A DNA stretch of 62,178 bases, filler included, from Choristocarpus tenellus KU-1152 (GCA_964200185.2; 16 parts of 16 records of this genome joined end to end with filler, not necessarily neighbours in it); one strand, 5' to 3'; positions 25,550 to 39,159 are shown, numbered from the whole stretch's first letter. Program-made: numbers and translations. Notes: generated by a model from the sequence alone, not told the origin.

Positions 25550-26641
25550 AAGTATAAGTAAGAAACAAAATCGAAGTCCGTCCATGGAGGGCAGGTCCGA
25601 GGGACACTTCTTATGGCACATCTCAGGTTGAGAATTTCACCGACTGAGGTTGTTTGGGTTTACTGAGTCCGACGACACCTTCAGTGGCGTATCTCTGGTG
25701 TAGAGTGTTGCCTTGATCTACTGTTGATGCTGGTCATCCATGGATTCTTGGTTTCAGTTCTAGTCAGAATTTTTATTGATTCCATGTTTCTGCCTCAGAT
25801 CTTCTTCAGTTATGATGGTCTCTTGAAGGCCCCCTTCAGTGATTTTTTTCTTCGAGGTCATTAGTGACTCGTACTAGTTAGTTGAATATGTTGCGAACTG
25901 TTCCAACTCAAGCGTCAGACTTGACATGGATCTATTCTGTTTCCTTTCTGTGCGGGCTTGTCCACGCGGACATTGTTCGTGCCGGTACGTGCACTGTCTT
26001 GGTGTTGCCTTGACCCTCCACCTCGGCTCATCTCACCATCTTCTTCACCTCCCGAGCTATTCATAAATCTAACAAAAATGACACCTCTTTGGTTTATGTA
26101 CAACGGTGCTTCATATACTAGTAGTAGGTATGTCAAACAACAGGCAACGTGGTCGTATTATATTACTACTATTATTATAGCGTTAGCGTTAGTAGTAGTG
26201 ATAGTAGTAGAAGTAGTAGTAGTAACTTAGATAACTTCAACAAAGCATACTGAAGTACGTATTATGTCTGATGTCTATTGCCCGATCTTGAGGAGGAGGG
26301 AAGTAAGTAGTTGAAAAATGATTGTGATGATTTTTGGTATTATAGTGCTTACGACTACTACTACTGCGCTGACAACAGTATTGTTGCGAAGGTTGCAATT
26401 CATTTCTTGTGTTTGTGCTTGCTTTTTCCTGGTGTAGTTTTGGGTATCTTGCCCGAACAAAACCATAGATGGTTGACCAACATAATTTGTCATATTTTGT
26501 TTTCACCACACTTTTTGAATATAAATTTCCCATGTTAGCGTGGTGTGATGTCTGACATGTGACATCCGTGAGGTTTACATCGAAATATACAGTAAGTAGA
26601 GTAGTATGTTCAGAATTATTAACGAGAAGTAAAGGTAATAT

Positions 26642-26782
26642 ATTTGTAATGCTGTGAATATTATTATTATGGCCTCTGACATTTTGCAGATGTATGTGTC
26701 GAGGGGAAAACAAATTTGTAATGTAATATATATTATTATTATGGCCTCTGACATTTTGCAGATGTGTCAGGGGGGAAACCAA
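26642..26782. repeat. 72-bp imperfect tandem duplication
   Basis: ATTTGTAATG...ATATTATTATTATGGCCTCTGACATTTTGCAGATGT at 26642 and 26714. Confidence 0.9.
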
Positions 26783-28655
26783 TTAAAACTATATATATGT
26801 CGTTGTGAGCCCTAAAGAAATAAAATATCCTAAATATAAGAACACTATAAAACATTGTGTAGAAACCACTAATCAATTACTTCACCTGTATCAAATATTG
26901 TACTACTGTCTTCCTTATCTTCCCATCTACCTACTCCTATGCCCCTGGGGGNNNNNNNNNNNNNNNNNNNNNNNNNNNNNNNNNNNNNNNNNNNNTTAAT
27001 TAATTAANNNNNNNNNNNNNNNNNNNNNNNNNNNNNNNNNNNNNNNNNNNNAACCAAAATGATTCAAAACAGGCAAAAGTCTCATAGTCGGTAAGAAATC
27101 CCCCCCCCCCCTCCCTTTTCAGATTGAAGAACTTGTGAAGGGTGCAGTGATGCTTCCACTTGGTGACAAATACTCTCTTGAGACCAACAGATTGAAAAAT
27201 TGTAATTCTGGGCCAATGCATGCCTCGGGAATGTTTGTATTCAAGACAACTTCAGCACTCAAGTTATTTCAAATATAATACAAGTAGTATATAGTTAATC
27301 AAGTTGGGTGGTGAACCTTTTCTTTTTCTCTTTTCTGTCTAGTCTTGAGTACTAAAACAAAATCAGTTGCAACTGAACATTTAACTCTTCGGTAACAAGG
27401 AAAAAAAAAAGAAGGCTCATCTCAAAAAAAAATCTACAACGAAAACGCTTTCTCCAGAGTACATATACTAAAATCACTTAACAAGAAGGAGAGGGTGAAA
27501 CTAGTACGGGAGAAGAGGGTCGATCCAAATACATGAAGTAGACCATTAACATATCGAAGTGTATGTATACTTGGCCAAATACATGTTCAATTTCTGATAC
27601 CTAATTTTTGAAAAAAAAAAGAAGTAAAGAACTACTTGACAAGAGTCTCCTCGAGGGGAGACACATCCTAAGCACCCCCGCCAAATGTTAAAAAAAAAAG
27701 AGGGCGATTTCAGCCTATTTGTAATTTTTTTGTAGCTTTCATTAGATTTTCTTGTTTTCAATTAGAAGTCTGGCATTGACATCCAACGACACCTTCAAAT
27801 GCATTACAAAATGATCTCTCCAGAATATACCTTTAGAATATACCCGTATGGCTCGACACCTTTTCGCTCATCTTTGTGTGCTGTTTGGTATATGAGGAAT
27901 CAATCATCGAACTTTAGCAGCGCTCGGATATATTTCATATTTCATATTTCATATTTATATATTTATATATTTATATTATATTTTTCAACGCTTGATTCGA
28001 TGTCTTGTTATGGTACTACAACAAGCCCCAGTGCCAACACACACACACACACACGAAATTTATATATCCTAATCTAGTTTTTCTTTTTTTGAAAGTTACA
28101 GTTACTTTGGGATGTGCTGTTGGGACCTACGCTATTTGTCAAACATTGCAGGGGGCACAAAATATTTACTCGTTAGTCATGCTCCCTTTTCCGTTTGTCC
28201 CTTCCTCCCTTTGATTCAAGACGAAAATAAACAAGTTCACTGTTTTGACTACATTGATTTGTAGTTTTGGTTTTGAGATTTCACTACCATAACAATTTCT
28301 GCCAACTTAGCCCATCCAACAAATCTTTCCAGACACTTGCCCTAGCTATCTTCAGTCGGATACTTGCATCTGTGACATTAAACTGGCATTACCAATTCGA
28401 CCTTCCACTTTCAAAGATTTTTTCCTCTCAGTAATACATCCTTACATATTTGCCATGTGCTACTTTCTGTAGTAAAAAAAAAACGTTCCCTCCTCTATCC
28501 TTGATACTGAGAGATCCTTTCAAGGCACCAATTCTCATTTAACACTAAAACTATCTTCCGTTCCTCCAACCAAGACTACCCCAACAATGTACACAAGATC
28601 ATCCTCCAACCAACTAAGACCCCACTCCAATCCCCTTTCTTGCCCTAATCCATAA

Positions 28656-29105
28656 TTCTTTTGTGTACAAAATGAAAACAGTATCAAAGGTAGTCACAAT
28701 GACAGTAGCAAGACCCGGGCGCTTTGTTGTGGTGAGTGTGGGGCTGAGTCCCACATGGCATTCTGCCCTGTCTGCTCCGAATGGAATTCCTATGCAGGAC
28801 CTCAAGGGGGGGGGACTCTAATATGCAAGAGCGTTAGATGCCAAGGCAATATCACCTGGCAAACGCGTGACCAACCACGGGACGGGAGTCGCGGCCATGG
28901 ACGGACCGTAGGTCAAGAGGGGGGTTGGATAGGGCCACATCGTTCAGGTGATGACCAGGGTAATGAAAACAGGGGAGTGAAAGGGGCCAAGGATGAGGCA
29001 GGGTTCAGGGTGGTGAATCAGGATTGGGACAAAGGTGGACAAGGGGAGGCAAGAAGAGGAGCCACATTCTTCCAAACGTATTGCCAGGTGAAGTGTGGAC
29101 AATGA
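28656..29105 (+). CDS. Possible exon or ORF with a Cys-rich zinc-ribbon (RadA/Sms N-terminus-like)
   Basis: The frame is open from 28656: KTRALCCGECGAESHMAFCPVCSEWNSY followed by a Gly-rich tract. No ATPase exon is visible in this contig. Confidence 0.35.
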   Translation, partial: FFCVQNENSIKGSHNDSSKTRALCCGECGAESHMAFCPVCSEWNSYAGPQGGGTLICKSVRCQGNITWQTRDQPRDGSRGHGRTVGQEGGWIGPHRSGDDQGNENRGVKGAKDEAGFRVVNQDWDKGGQGEARRGATFFQTYCQVKCGQ

Positions 29106-29627
29106 TGTGCCGGACTGGGATGTGTTTACAAGGTCATTTTGATGACTACGATCATGAAGTGGGGAGTTGATATTTACCTCTGAAATCCAACTTGACCTCA
29201 TTGCCTTGAATAAGTTTCTAGTCTCTGAGTTCCTGTAATTTACCCACAGGTACCAACAGTCACTATTTATGAACCACAAGACACACACAGCGTGATTTTT
29301 GAGCACCATAGTATTGCTCTTCTAAAATTGGATAGTGGATGGTCCTGATTGATTACAAGGAGTTCCCAAAGCAAGGTGGGTTGATACAGTTGATTGAAGT
29401 CAACACAACTCAACTCAACACAATGGAGAGACAAGTGTACAGGAAATGATGAAATCAGAGGAGATCCAGTGTAAGCATGTGTCCACAGTAAACATGTCTT
29501 GGGCGCATCGAGAATAATTTTTCCATCCTCATCTTTGGTCTGTAACCTACAATGAGTTCGATCAGAGCTGGGTTAGGCTGGCAATGTAACATTTATAAGA
29601 TTATTCCTTCTTGGTGTTGAGAGTAAT

Positions 29628-29709
29628 GGGTCAAAGTATCTGGGGGGGGGGTGGTTTGTGAGGGGGCGTCCGTTTCGGTCAAACAACTCTTTTTTTTGCT
29701 TTCAAATCC
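29628..29709 (-). mobile_element. MITE subfamily A end, truncated by the contig end
   Basis: GGGTCAAAGTATCT(G)nTGGTTTGTGAGGGGGCGTCCGTTTCGGTCAAACAAC is the reverse complement of the right end of 21-205. Confidence 0.88.
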
Positions 29710-31012
29710 NNNNNNNNNNNNNNNNNNNNNNNNNNNNNNNNNNNNNNNNNNNNTTAATTAATTAANNNNNNNNNNNNNNNNNNNNNNNNNNNNNNNNNNN
29801 NNNNNNNNNCAGGTGATTCTCTTCGCCACCCTTGCCTGAGTGAACCACGCCGCCACAGAATCACACGATTCACAATTATAGTATTAATATTAACAGTATT
29901 AGTAGTATAGAGTTAGGTTGATCTTGTCACATTACATCATGGACTTGACCTTTCCCTCTCACCTCATCAAGCAAATGACTTTCCTCGATCCTTTAGTCGC
30001 ACCTATCCAAACTTAAATGTAACTCAATGCGATGGAATTTTCGCCCTGTGCCATTTCTGTAACACTTGCTTGTACGTATGCTTCGAAGCCAAACCAATGG
30101 CGAGGTGGGCAGGTTTGAACCCTTTTGCATTCCAGGTCATCTTTCTTACCCTGTGCAACACACTCTATTTTATTGCTTTATGTCCACAATAGTGTACGAA
30201 AAATTGATATTCCCTTTTCTCACACACAAATTGACACCACATCTAAGCATGGGCTTTTTCTACAAGTGCAAAAAGAATGAATCTTTTTGCCAATTCTTGG
30301 GATCCTTGAAATGCAACCCTGCCTACCTCTCAGTTGGCTTTACCCTCAGCTCGTTTAATACTCTGTCTTGTCTTCTTGTGTCCTTGAGTTGTTGGTAGGA
30401 GTTGTTTTTTGGTAAACGAGGTCGGGCAGGTTAATCCCTACAAAATATTGTATTACGTATGCGTTGACGGAACCAGTGCAGCAGGGCCGTCAGAATTCTA
30501 AACACTCCAGGCCTCGGGACAGGCAGACCTTGCCAGTGAAAATCGTTCGAACAGGACTAGTTCAGGGTCGTCATGGTTTTGAATGGGACAAGGCCATGGG
30601 CCAACCCTAACCTCCAGGAACCTAGTTAGTGTGAAACATTATTTAACATGGTCAGTTCAGGGGGGTCAGGAATTGCAACCAGTCCGGGCTTCGGACCTGC
30701 CTGCACAATGTTAAAACATGGATGGTACAGAGCATAAGTAGACGAGAGGTTGCATTTCAAGGACACTAGGAAAATATGTTCAAAATTCGTTTTTTACAAT
30801 CGTGTGTAGGAGATTTTCTTCATTCTTTCTGTCGAAAATTCTCAAACAATAGAGAAATCAATGCTATCAGTTCAATCTTAACATTCCATCCGTGGATATA
30901 AGGGTGGAAAGTAAGAGATGAAAAGGGTGGCTTAAATGTAAAATGGTCAAAATCTTGGTACCTCGTTTACTTTGGCTCACAGAGGTGGCCCAGTCAGGTC
31001 TCACTCAGTTAA

Positions 31013-31270
31013 GAGTCAAAGTATCTTAGAGGGTAGAGCCGCGTCCATTTGGGGGTCAAAATCCAATGTTGTGATTTTGATGTAATTTTGGCGATTGCGT
31101 TTGTTAGGAAGTGTCAATATCTATCTTTCGGACACACCTTTTCATAACGTATACGTTTTACTTACTCCGAAACATTTGGATTAGGAAAATGTCATAAAAA
31201 TTCCCATGGGAAGCCAAGTCCCAAATGGACAAACAGGGCAAAACTCGTACCCTCTAAGATGCTCTCTCTC
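31013..31270 (+). mobile_element. MITE, TCAAAGTATCT-TIR family, subfamily C
   Basis: GAGTCAAAGTATCTTAGAGGGTA...TACCCTCTAAGAT with a degraded right tip; TAA/TAA flanks; the interior matches 33972-34211 and 52776-53033. Confidence 0.85.
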
Positions 31271-32798
31271 TAATCATATCATGACGGTGAGAATGTTTTC
31301 ACCTTGAGCTATTTTAGATAAAATTTCCCCGCCTCCACATGTGTGTCTGTCGGCATATTTCCACCGACTGGACCCAACCCATTTTGACCAGGTCGGTCCG
31401 GCTAACATGCCACTTTTCCTAGGACCACCAGAGATTGACCGGACCAGGGTTTGGACAAGCCGGGAAAAACAAACTTTAACAGAACCAGTCTAGGACCGCC
31501 AAACCTTCCATTGTATTGGGTCATGGGCCAGTCCCCCCCAACGAATACTTACGTTGAAACAAGGCCAGTCTAGGGCAGTCAGAGACGTGACCGGACCGCC
31601 TAACTGCTTGTCCATTGAAAGCCCTCCTTGTTTCGTTGTTCCTTCTTTATTCTTTGTTTATGGTGTATGATCTATTTGCATCTGTCGCATTATATAGTCG
31701 AGGGCATAGTCAAAAGGTAGTCAGGAGAAGATGAGTACACAATTCTCGAGAAAATAAAATAATGCAATAGAGCTCTAGTAGAAATGTATAAAGAAATCAG
31801 TGAAAGATGGGAAAAAAGAAGATAAAGAACTCGGTGTACATACCAAGGGTAACCAGGACATTCTTAGGTGTAATACTGACAGTGTCCAATACTTCGAGAG
31901 AGGACGTCAATATTAGGTTTGTCGTATATACAGGGAAGAGGGGAAACAAGAAACAAATCTCGGCAATGGTATACACCTAGTCCATCCAATCCGAAAACTT
32001 CCCTCATCATGTATCACATGATGGAAAGAGGGACGCAAGAATAATCAGCCCAAAAGGGAGAAAATGACGAGAATAGCGGCATTCATTCACCTGAGAGTGA
32101 TAGTGCTCACAATACAATTGTAACTTAGAGGTTAAAGTGGGTCATCCCTACATGTATTTAGACGGTTCGAATGCTGTAGTCACCATACCTCTTTCATGAA
32201 AACCCAGTTTAAGTTTTCCAAACCCACCTGGCAAGTACCACGGATAAGTATACCTATATTATCCTATCTATCTGCCACTACCCGGTTGCAGCCCTTGACT
32301 GGGGGTTACATCTCTGACGGTCCTAGAATGACCTGCTTTAAACCATACATCCCTCTGTGATTTGTATATACAGTTCAGTACAATCAACTAATGTTGAACA
32401 TTGGCCTGTCCACTAGTAATGGCTTGTTAACATGCAAGCACCCACATTGCATGTATACCGATCTGCACGGTATATAATCACAACTTACCTTTGTACTCTG
32501 CATATTATAGTGTTAAGACATAGAGTACTTCATGATGTATACTGTGGAAAGCATGTTTGTCTGTTATTATACCGTATTGCTCGTATGCCATATACCGTTA
32601 TACCGTGGTACCGNNNNNNNNNNNNNNNNNNNNNNNNNNNNNNNNNNNNNNNNNNNNTTAATTAATTAANNNNNNNNNNNNNNNNNNNNNNNNNNNNNNN
32701 NNNNNNNNNNNNNTATTTTTTTGTGCTACAACCCCCCCCCCCCCCCCCCTCCCCCCCCAAAAAAAACTTTCACTTCCACTGCTAAGGCTCTCATTCCA

Positions 32799-32921
32799 AC
32801 ACTTCTTGTACAACAATACCACACACACATCAAGTATTCTTAACAACAAAAACATCAATAATGCCTGACACTTCTTGTACAACAATACCACACACGCATC
32901 AAGTTATTCTTAACAACAAAA
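32799..32921. repeat. Tandem duplication, 69-bp period
   Basis: ACACTTCTTGTACAACAATACCACACAC.CATCAAGT.ATTCTTAACAACAAAA at 32799 and 32868. Confidence 0.9.
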
Positions 32922-32971
32922 GCCGGACCCTAACCCTAAGCCATCACTGCAACATACTGAACCCTGCCTAC

Positions 32972-33088
32972 CTCAGAAGTGTGGGCACGAACTTCGAAGT
33001 CCCCGGGAAGGATGCCCGTCAAAGCCCCATACAACTCCTTCGAGTCCACGGCATCGCCTGCTCCTGACCCAGTACTGTGAGGGAAGGC

Positions 33089-33132
<44 letters not shown>

Positions 33133-33612
33133 GAGTTGCTCAAGCACACCCTCAAAGGGCACATGGATACACATAATGGCAACTACTACTACTACTACTA
33201 CTACTACCACTACCAACCCTTCAATACACTCACACTCAAAACATACATCAACACACCCACACATACAAGAATACTATCCCAAAAAAATTATACTAACAAC
33301 AACTCGCCTTGAACCTCGCCCCCCAGAGCCCCCGGCCTTGGCCACGAGCCCCCTCGCGATCGTGATGGCGGCCCTGATAGCCCCGATCCCGCCATCATCC
33401 TCCTTCCCCTTCACACGAGCGGGCTTGAACCCCACCGACAACCGCACCTTCCCAACCTTGGCGAGCATCTTAATGGCCTCCTTCAGCTCCCGGGCGCTCT
33501 GTGCTGCCACAGCATCCGCCGAGGACCTACCCCCGTTCCCCACCCCCTGCTGTTGTTGCCGGCCCTTCTTCAGGAGCTGCTCCCTGGCCGCCGCGCTGAA
33601 GATGGCTAGCAC
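32972..33612 (-). CDS. Two internal exons (33612-33308, 33074-32972) of an unknown protein
   Basis: GC-rich open frames among low-complexity introns; CAG acceptor at 33615-33613 and GT donor at 32971; joined in frame VLAIFSAAAREQLL...GSGGRGS|STGSGAGDAVDSKELYGALTGILPGDFEVRAHTSE. Confidence 0.7.
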
Positions 33613-33971
33613 CTGGGGAGTCAGCTGATGATAGAGACACACGAGCGCGCGCGCGCATACGCAGACGCAGACGCATGAGCACGTGTGGGTTTTGCGTATA
33701 CATGCACAGGGGGGCCGGGCCGTACAGAGGGATAAGATTCGTTGGGTTTTGTTTTTTCTTTACGTGGTTGGAGGAGAGGAGAGGAGAGGAGGGTAGGCGG
33801 GTTAGGGCTTGTAAGGGTAAAGGGACGAGTGTGGGAGTTTCAGGGTAGATGTGGTGGCTTTGAAGGTAATGGACAAGGGTTAGGGTTAGGATTGCAATGA
33901 AACTACTGGAGTGAGCCAATCACACAGCTCCTTATGCTTCTTCATGTGCTCATCAGAACCCCGAAGGAGGT

Positions 33972-34211
33972 GAGTCAAAGTGAGTTAGAGAGTAGAGTTG
34001 CGTCCGTTAGGGGGCCAAAATCCAATGTTGCGATTTTGATGTAATTTGGACTATCGTGTTTGTTAGGAAGAGTCAGTATCCTTGTTCCGGACACACCTTC
34101 TCATAATGTCTACATTTTACCTATCCTGAAAATGTCATAAATAAAAAAGCGGGAAGTCAAAAGTCCCAAACAGGGCAAAACTCGTCACCTAACCCTAAGA
34201 TACTTTCACTC
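33972..34211 (+). mobile_element. MITE subfamily C copy
   Basis: GAGTCAAAG...CTAAGATACTTTCACTC; flanks AGGT/ATGT; interior homologous to 31013-31270. Confidence 0.85.
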
Positions 34212-34575
34212 ATGTATTCAATATATCGCTGAACGGCTCACAAAGCAATACAAAAAAAAAAATTCAATCCAAAACAAAATCCAAAACTCGTAATGCAAAC
34301 TAAAAACTAATTCAATACAAAATTCAATACAAAAAATGAAATGTGCAGCGATAGAGGGGACAGTCCCCATCCGCTACCGTCTCCTGCGCATAAAAGAAGG
34401 ATTTATATTTATATTTAACAATCATCACCTTCCCAGATATACAACCTAGCAGGGCGTGCAGACGGAGCTCTGGAAGAGCGGGTGCTGACCCGGGGAAGAG
34501 GGGACAGGCAAAGCGGTTGGGGTCATGCACCACCCTCACCATCATGAAAGATCTGATTTTTTTATTTCACAGTAG

Positions 34576-34597
34576 TAGGGTTTAGGGTTAGGGTTAG
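34576..34597. repeat. Short interstitial TTAGGG-like repeats
   Basis: TAGGGTTTAGGGTTAGGGTTAG; similar 2-3 unit runs at about 8694, 32927, 33876, 35320 and 57601. Confidence 0.7.
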
Positions 34598-36222
34598 TTC
34601 CTTCCTTCCTGCCTGTGAATCACATCCCATTTTTTTTATTCTTGCAGCAGGGAAAGCGAACGCGAGATGAGGGCGTCACTGTTAAAAAAATATATGGGGG
34701 GGGGGGGGTTGATGAGAGATGGTTTTCTTATAGAAAACAAGAAAGTAATAAAAATTATATATTTTAAAAATATGCTTGTACATACATATCAACATATTCT
34801 TATAATAGACATACATACACACACATATATATATATATATCGGTTCTTTAACTCTCTATTGCTTTAAAGGAGTAAAAGAGTTAAACAGAAGAAAGGCGGC
34901 CGAACAAAAAAAGAGTGGAACACGCCTGTGTTGAATTTCTATTCAGAAAGTCATGCAATCGATGATATATATTTTTTTTTTCCGCCTCTTTCAGTCGAAA
35001 ACGTATCAAGGTTGTAAAAAATAAACAAAAAAGGAAAAAAATATATCGGAACTTTTGCACTGTGCACTGCACTGCAAGTAAACACATAAATATTAATAAA
35101 AATAAATATTTAAACAAATATATATATATATATATATTTATATATACTTCGCATCTGTAATATTATTGGCAACACTCCTTCCTCACTACATCATTACAAC
35201 AATAATGTAATGTCGATTGAACCGTATTGATCTTACCTTCTTCATCTTCTCATTCAACCTACGAAAAAAAAAACGGACACGTAGAAAGAGTCAAAAATCA
35301 TCCTACAAAAAAAGGATCGGGGTTAAGGGTTAGGGTGACGAAAGAGCAAATTTTCAATTTATTTTTTATTGTTCTCATCAAAAAAATCTACATACCTTTA
35401 CAACCCCCTTATTCTGAAATCGGGTTGCGTTCAAATATTTTATACATTTTTTTGTTCACAAAAGCGGTTAAAAAAAAAATTATACATAAAATATATATGT
35501 ACTTTTCAACTTTTAAAATCTCACTCCCACCATTTTTTTTCTCCCCAATTGGAGCGGAGAGCGAGTCACTTGACTTGCTAGAGGAAATAAATCGCAGACA
35601 AACTAAATGAAGAGAAGTCTTCTCATATCATCTGCCCGGAAGCAAAAATAAATATAAAAATATGCAACACACACACACACACAGAAGAACATACGTATAC
35701 ACTCTTTCAACATACCTTCATACAACACTAAGCAACACCATAATGATATTATTAATAACAATAAAAAATGTACGAAATACTCTAAATCAACACAAAATAA
35801 AACAAAAAAAAAATCACATTTTCAAACAAAAAAAAAGGAAGGCTATCCCGAACACAATCTCGTAAAAGATCTTTTTCAAAACTAATTGGTTCCATCCATC
35901 CATCCATCAGAAAAAAATATTAAAAAAAAAACCTTCACCCACTCGTCCAACTCTACCCCCCTCCCCCCACCACCTCACCTCAACCCAGCCCCCTCCTCCC
36001 CCGCGGACCCCCAGCTCCTGCTGTCCCCGTCCCCTCCCCCCCCGGGTGCAGAGCCTATGAGGACNNNNNNNNNNNNNNNNNNNNNNNNNNNNNNNNNNNN
36101 NNNNNNNNTTAATTAATTAANNNNNNNNNNNNNNNNNNNNNNNNNNNNNNNNNNNNNNNNNNNNCCTCTCATTACCAATGCCCTCCCCCCCTTCCCCCCC
36201 CCCCTTACCATGCTTCTGAAAG

Positions 36223-36412
36223 GACATTGCCCGTGCTGTGAGGTTCCTCCTGTGTCTTGGCGATCAATTCAGGAAGTGGACGGAGCAAGGACCTGGAAAG
36301 TCAGTGCTTGAACACCTTGAACGCTTCAGAGACCATGTACAACAGGGTGTTTTTGGTGGGAACTTCTCTCCTGGTAGTGGTGGTACTGCTTTTGTGTCTG
36401 GAGAGACAGTCG
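36223..36412 (+). CDS. Candidate exon, unknown protein
   Basis: AG|DIARAVRFLLCLGDQFRKWTEQGPGKSVLEHLERFRDHVQQG...ETV-G|GTGAGA after a C-rich tract; no recognisable motif. Confidence 0.35.
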
Positions 36413-39159
36413 GTGAGAGATAGTGGGCTATAATATCTACTGTACCCTTGATTGGGATGGAGCAAAAACGTCAATATGCCTATCTGTACAGTTTGTACTT
36501 TTGCAGCATTGCAGCTTACTGTCTATGCTTCATCTCGCCGGGAAACTGATACTCTCTAGGTGATAAACTTTGAGTAGAGAGGAGAGTCAGAGTTAGGACC
36601 TAGGGGTGGGGGGTGGGCAAGTTGTATGTAGAAGAGGAGGTGAGTATCTTGTGTCTCTATTTGGCCATTATTTAAAGTTTAATCTTTGCCGGAATGGTGG
36701 TTTCGAAACTCGGCATTACTTGGGGCGGCTCTGTGTTGTTTTTTCTTCATTTTCGGGCATGGTGTGTGTGTTTCACTATCAAAGACGACATTCTTTTGGT
36801 CTGAAGTTTCGGTAGGGTCAAGGATCATTGTTGTTGTCCTCTTGGGCTGTGTCCATGTACATGTGTGCTTTCGTCCTGCACCCCTAACAAGGAGTATTTG
36901 TCTATATTAGGCTTGAGTGATCCAAAGCATAAGACACAGGGTATATACTGTATTGGAGAGGCGATGTACTTTATGGTGTAACATATTCTGTCAGTCCGTC
37001 ACACACCGAATAAATCCCCACATCCATGCCCATCACACATGAGGCACTTTTCACTAACCTCCAGTGCTACCACTCATACCCAAAGCAGAATCTGAACTGG
37101 GACCCCAATTCGAGGACAAGACCGCTCAAAGGCGTTCGGCATGGAGAGAGAGCTTTGAGGAAGTCCGGGGGGGACTGAAGGCCCTGCTCAGCACACCAGA
37201 TATGCAGAAGACAGACTGAAGGAGGCCCAGGGAAGGTCCCCTTCGAGTTAGTGATGCCAGAATGGAGGGGCTTTTGACCCTTCTGAACATGCTGTTTGGG
37301 GCTGTAGATGGGCAGATGTCAGTGTGGGTGGGTGGAGTATAGTAGAACTCCACACCCCATGCTTTGGCCATGAAATATGACACGTAGCAACAAATGAGAA
37401 AGGGAGTGGCAGAATTGCAATGTTGAGTGTGAGATTGGACCCTGGTTTGAGGTTTGTATTTCGGAAGGGTAGGTACACGTATAGCGTGGTTGCAACCCCT
37501 GAAACCAACGTTTATGCTTGTGTGCTTCACTACTTGGTGTTTTTGCTGTCGTTTTGTTTCCTGTTGTTGTGACCTATAATTGGTGCTCCATATTTAATGG
37601 GTCCAGAACACTTCTGACCAGTTAAGTTTGGTGAGGAAAAATAACAATTGTCTTGTATTCAAGAGTTGCGCTTGTACATGATGGTTGTGTTTCCCATGGC
37701 ATACTACACTAATGAAACTTGCTCAAAGCAATAGATTTATGGTGGCGGTGCTTTATGGTGACTCTGACCTTGCTCCACTATAGACCACAAGGTGACATAC
37801 GGATGTCCTCCACAAGGAGAGGTCTACTGCTATGTGTCGTTTAAGAGGAACTGGTTCAGAATGGACTGGGAGTACTGCAGTCATGACGGAAGTTACTTCT
37901 TCCGTTCGGAATTAAATGTAACATAATATTTGCAACCTCCATTCTCGCCCAGAAACGACCCAAGTGATAAACCTTATGGATGAATCTTAGTTCTCATATA
38001 GATTGGGAAGAATGCAAAGTTGAGGTGGTGGGCTGTCATGACTGTGGAGGATCACCGGGGCAAAGTCAACCAAGTCAGATTTGACAGGGTTCAAAAACCT
38101 CGTGAAATTGTCAAAGTTGGTGTTTGTTGGGATGGGAAGCCTAGGACAAAGGCCCCCCGTTGTTCAAGCAGCTCTCTCATCCCATTGTTGTCCAGTCCCA
38201 ATTCTCTTGGCCCAGAAGTCTGTCTGGGGTTCAGACTCAAACACCCCAATGAAGAACCGCGTGGTGGCACGAAGCCTGGAGCAAGAGGGTGTGAGACTCA
38301 GATGCCTCACGGGACGGCAGCAGCCATCGCAGAGGACTGAATCACCATGTTCCATCATCTGAAGGAGTATGAAAGTCAAATCGCACAGGGTGAAAGTATG
38401 GACCTTGTAAGATCTTACAAGTGGCGATGTGACTGCCATACAAGTATCCTTGGCGATTGGGATGTCCCATCAGTACACTTCGTACATCCTTCCACAAATG
38501 GGTGGTCAGAGCTGGGGTCTCTCCCTTGCCTTGTTGCGGGATCTGTGCCATTGTGAGAAGGTGAAGGTCAAGCAGTGGATTAAGCCAGTCCTCCCAGACC
38601 TACAGAAATCAACAGAGTAGGTTCATTACCAGTCACACGCACAGGAGGGAGGGAAGTGTGGTATTAGTGGATGATCTGTATGATCGGGAGCATGTTTACG
38701 TGAAGTGGCTTGATAAACTCAAATATGGACAAGGTGTGTACCTGCACCCCACTGAGGACCCCCCCAAACCCCCCACGAGCACAGAATAAGTGTTAAATTA
38801 CGAAGGTGATGCTCCTTGCAGCTGTGACCTGCCTAGGAACCTTTACAATGGGGTGTGGTTATATGGGAAAATTGGGATCAGGTCAATTGCTGACACTAAG
38901 GCCACTCAGTACTCCAGCAAACACCACCCCAAATACACCAAGGTGCTGTGCCAGTCGCGATGGACAGGGAGAGGTGTAAGAAGCTCATGTTCGAGGATGT
39001 CATCCTGGCAATCAAGGCTCACATGCCTAGGTAGGAAGGACACACCATCTTTGTTAAGCNNNNNNNNNNNNNNNNNNNNNNNNNNNNNNNNNNNNNNNNN
39101 NNNTTAATTAATTAANNNNNNNNNNNNNNNNNNNNNNNNNNNNNNNNNNNNNNNNNNNN

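Noticed and set aside
32140-32190. tRNA-like 3' half (GGTTCGAAT...CACCA)
   Set aside because: No cloverleaf or A-box can be built; at most a decayed SINE head.
33077-33628. 183-aa plus-strand ORF
   Set aside because: Antisense shadow of the GC-rich minus-strand exon plus microsatellite translation.
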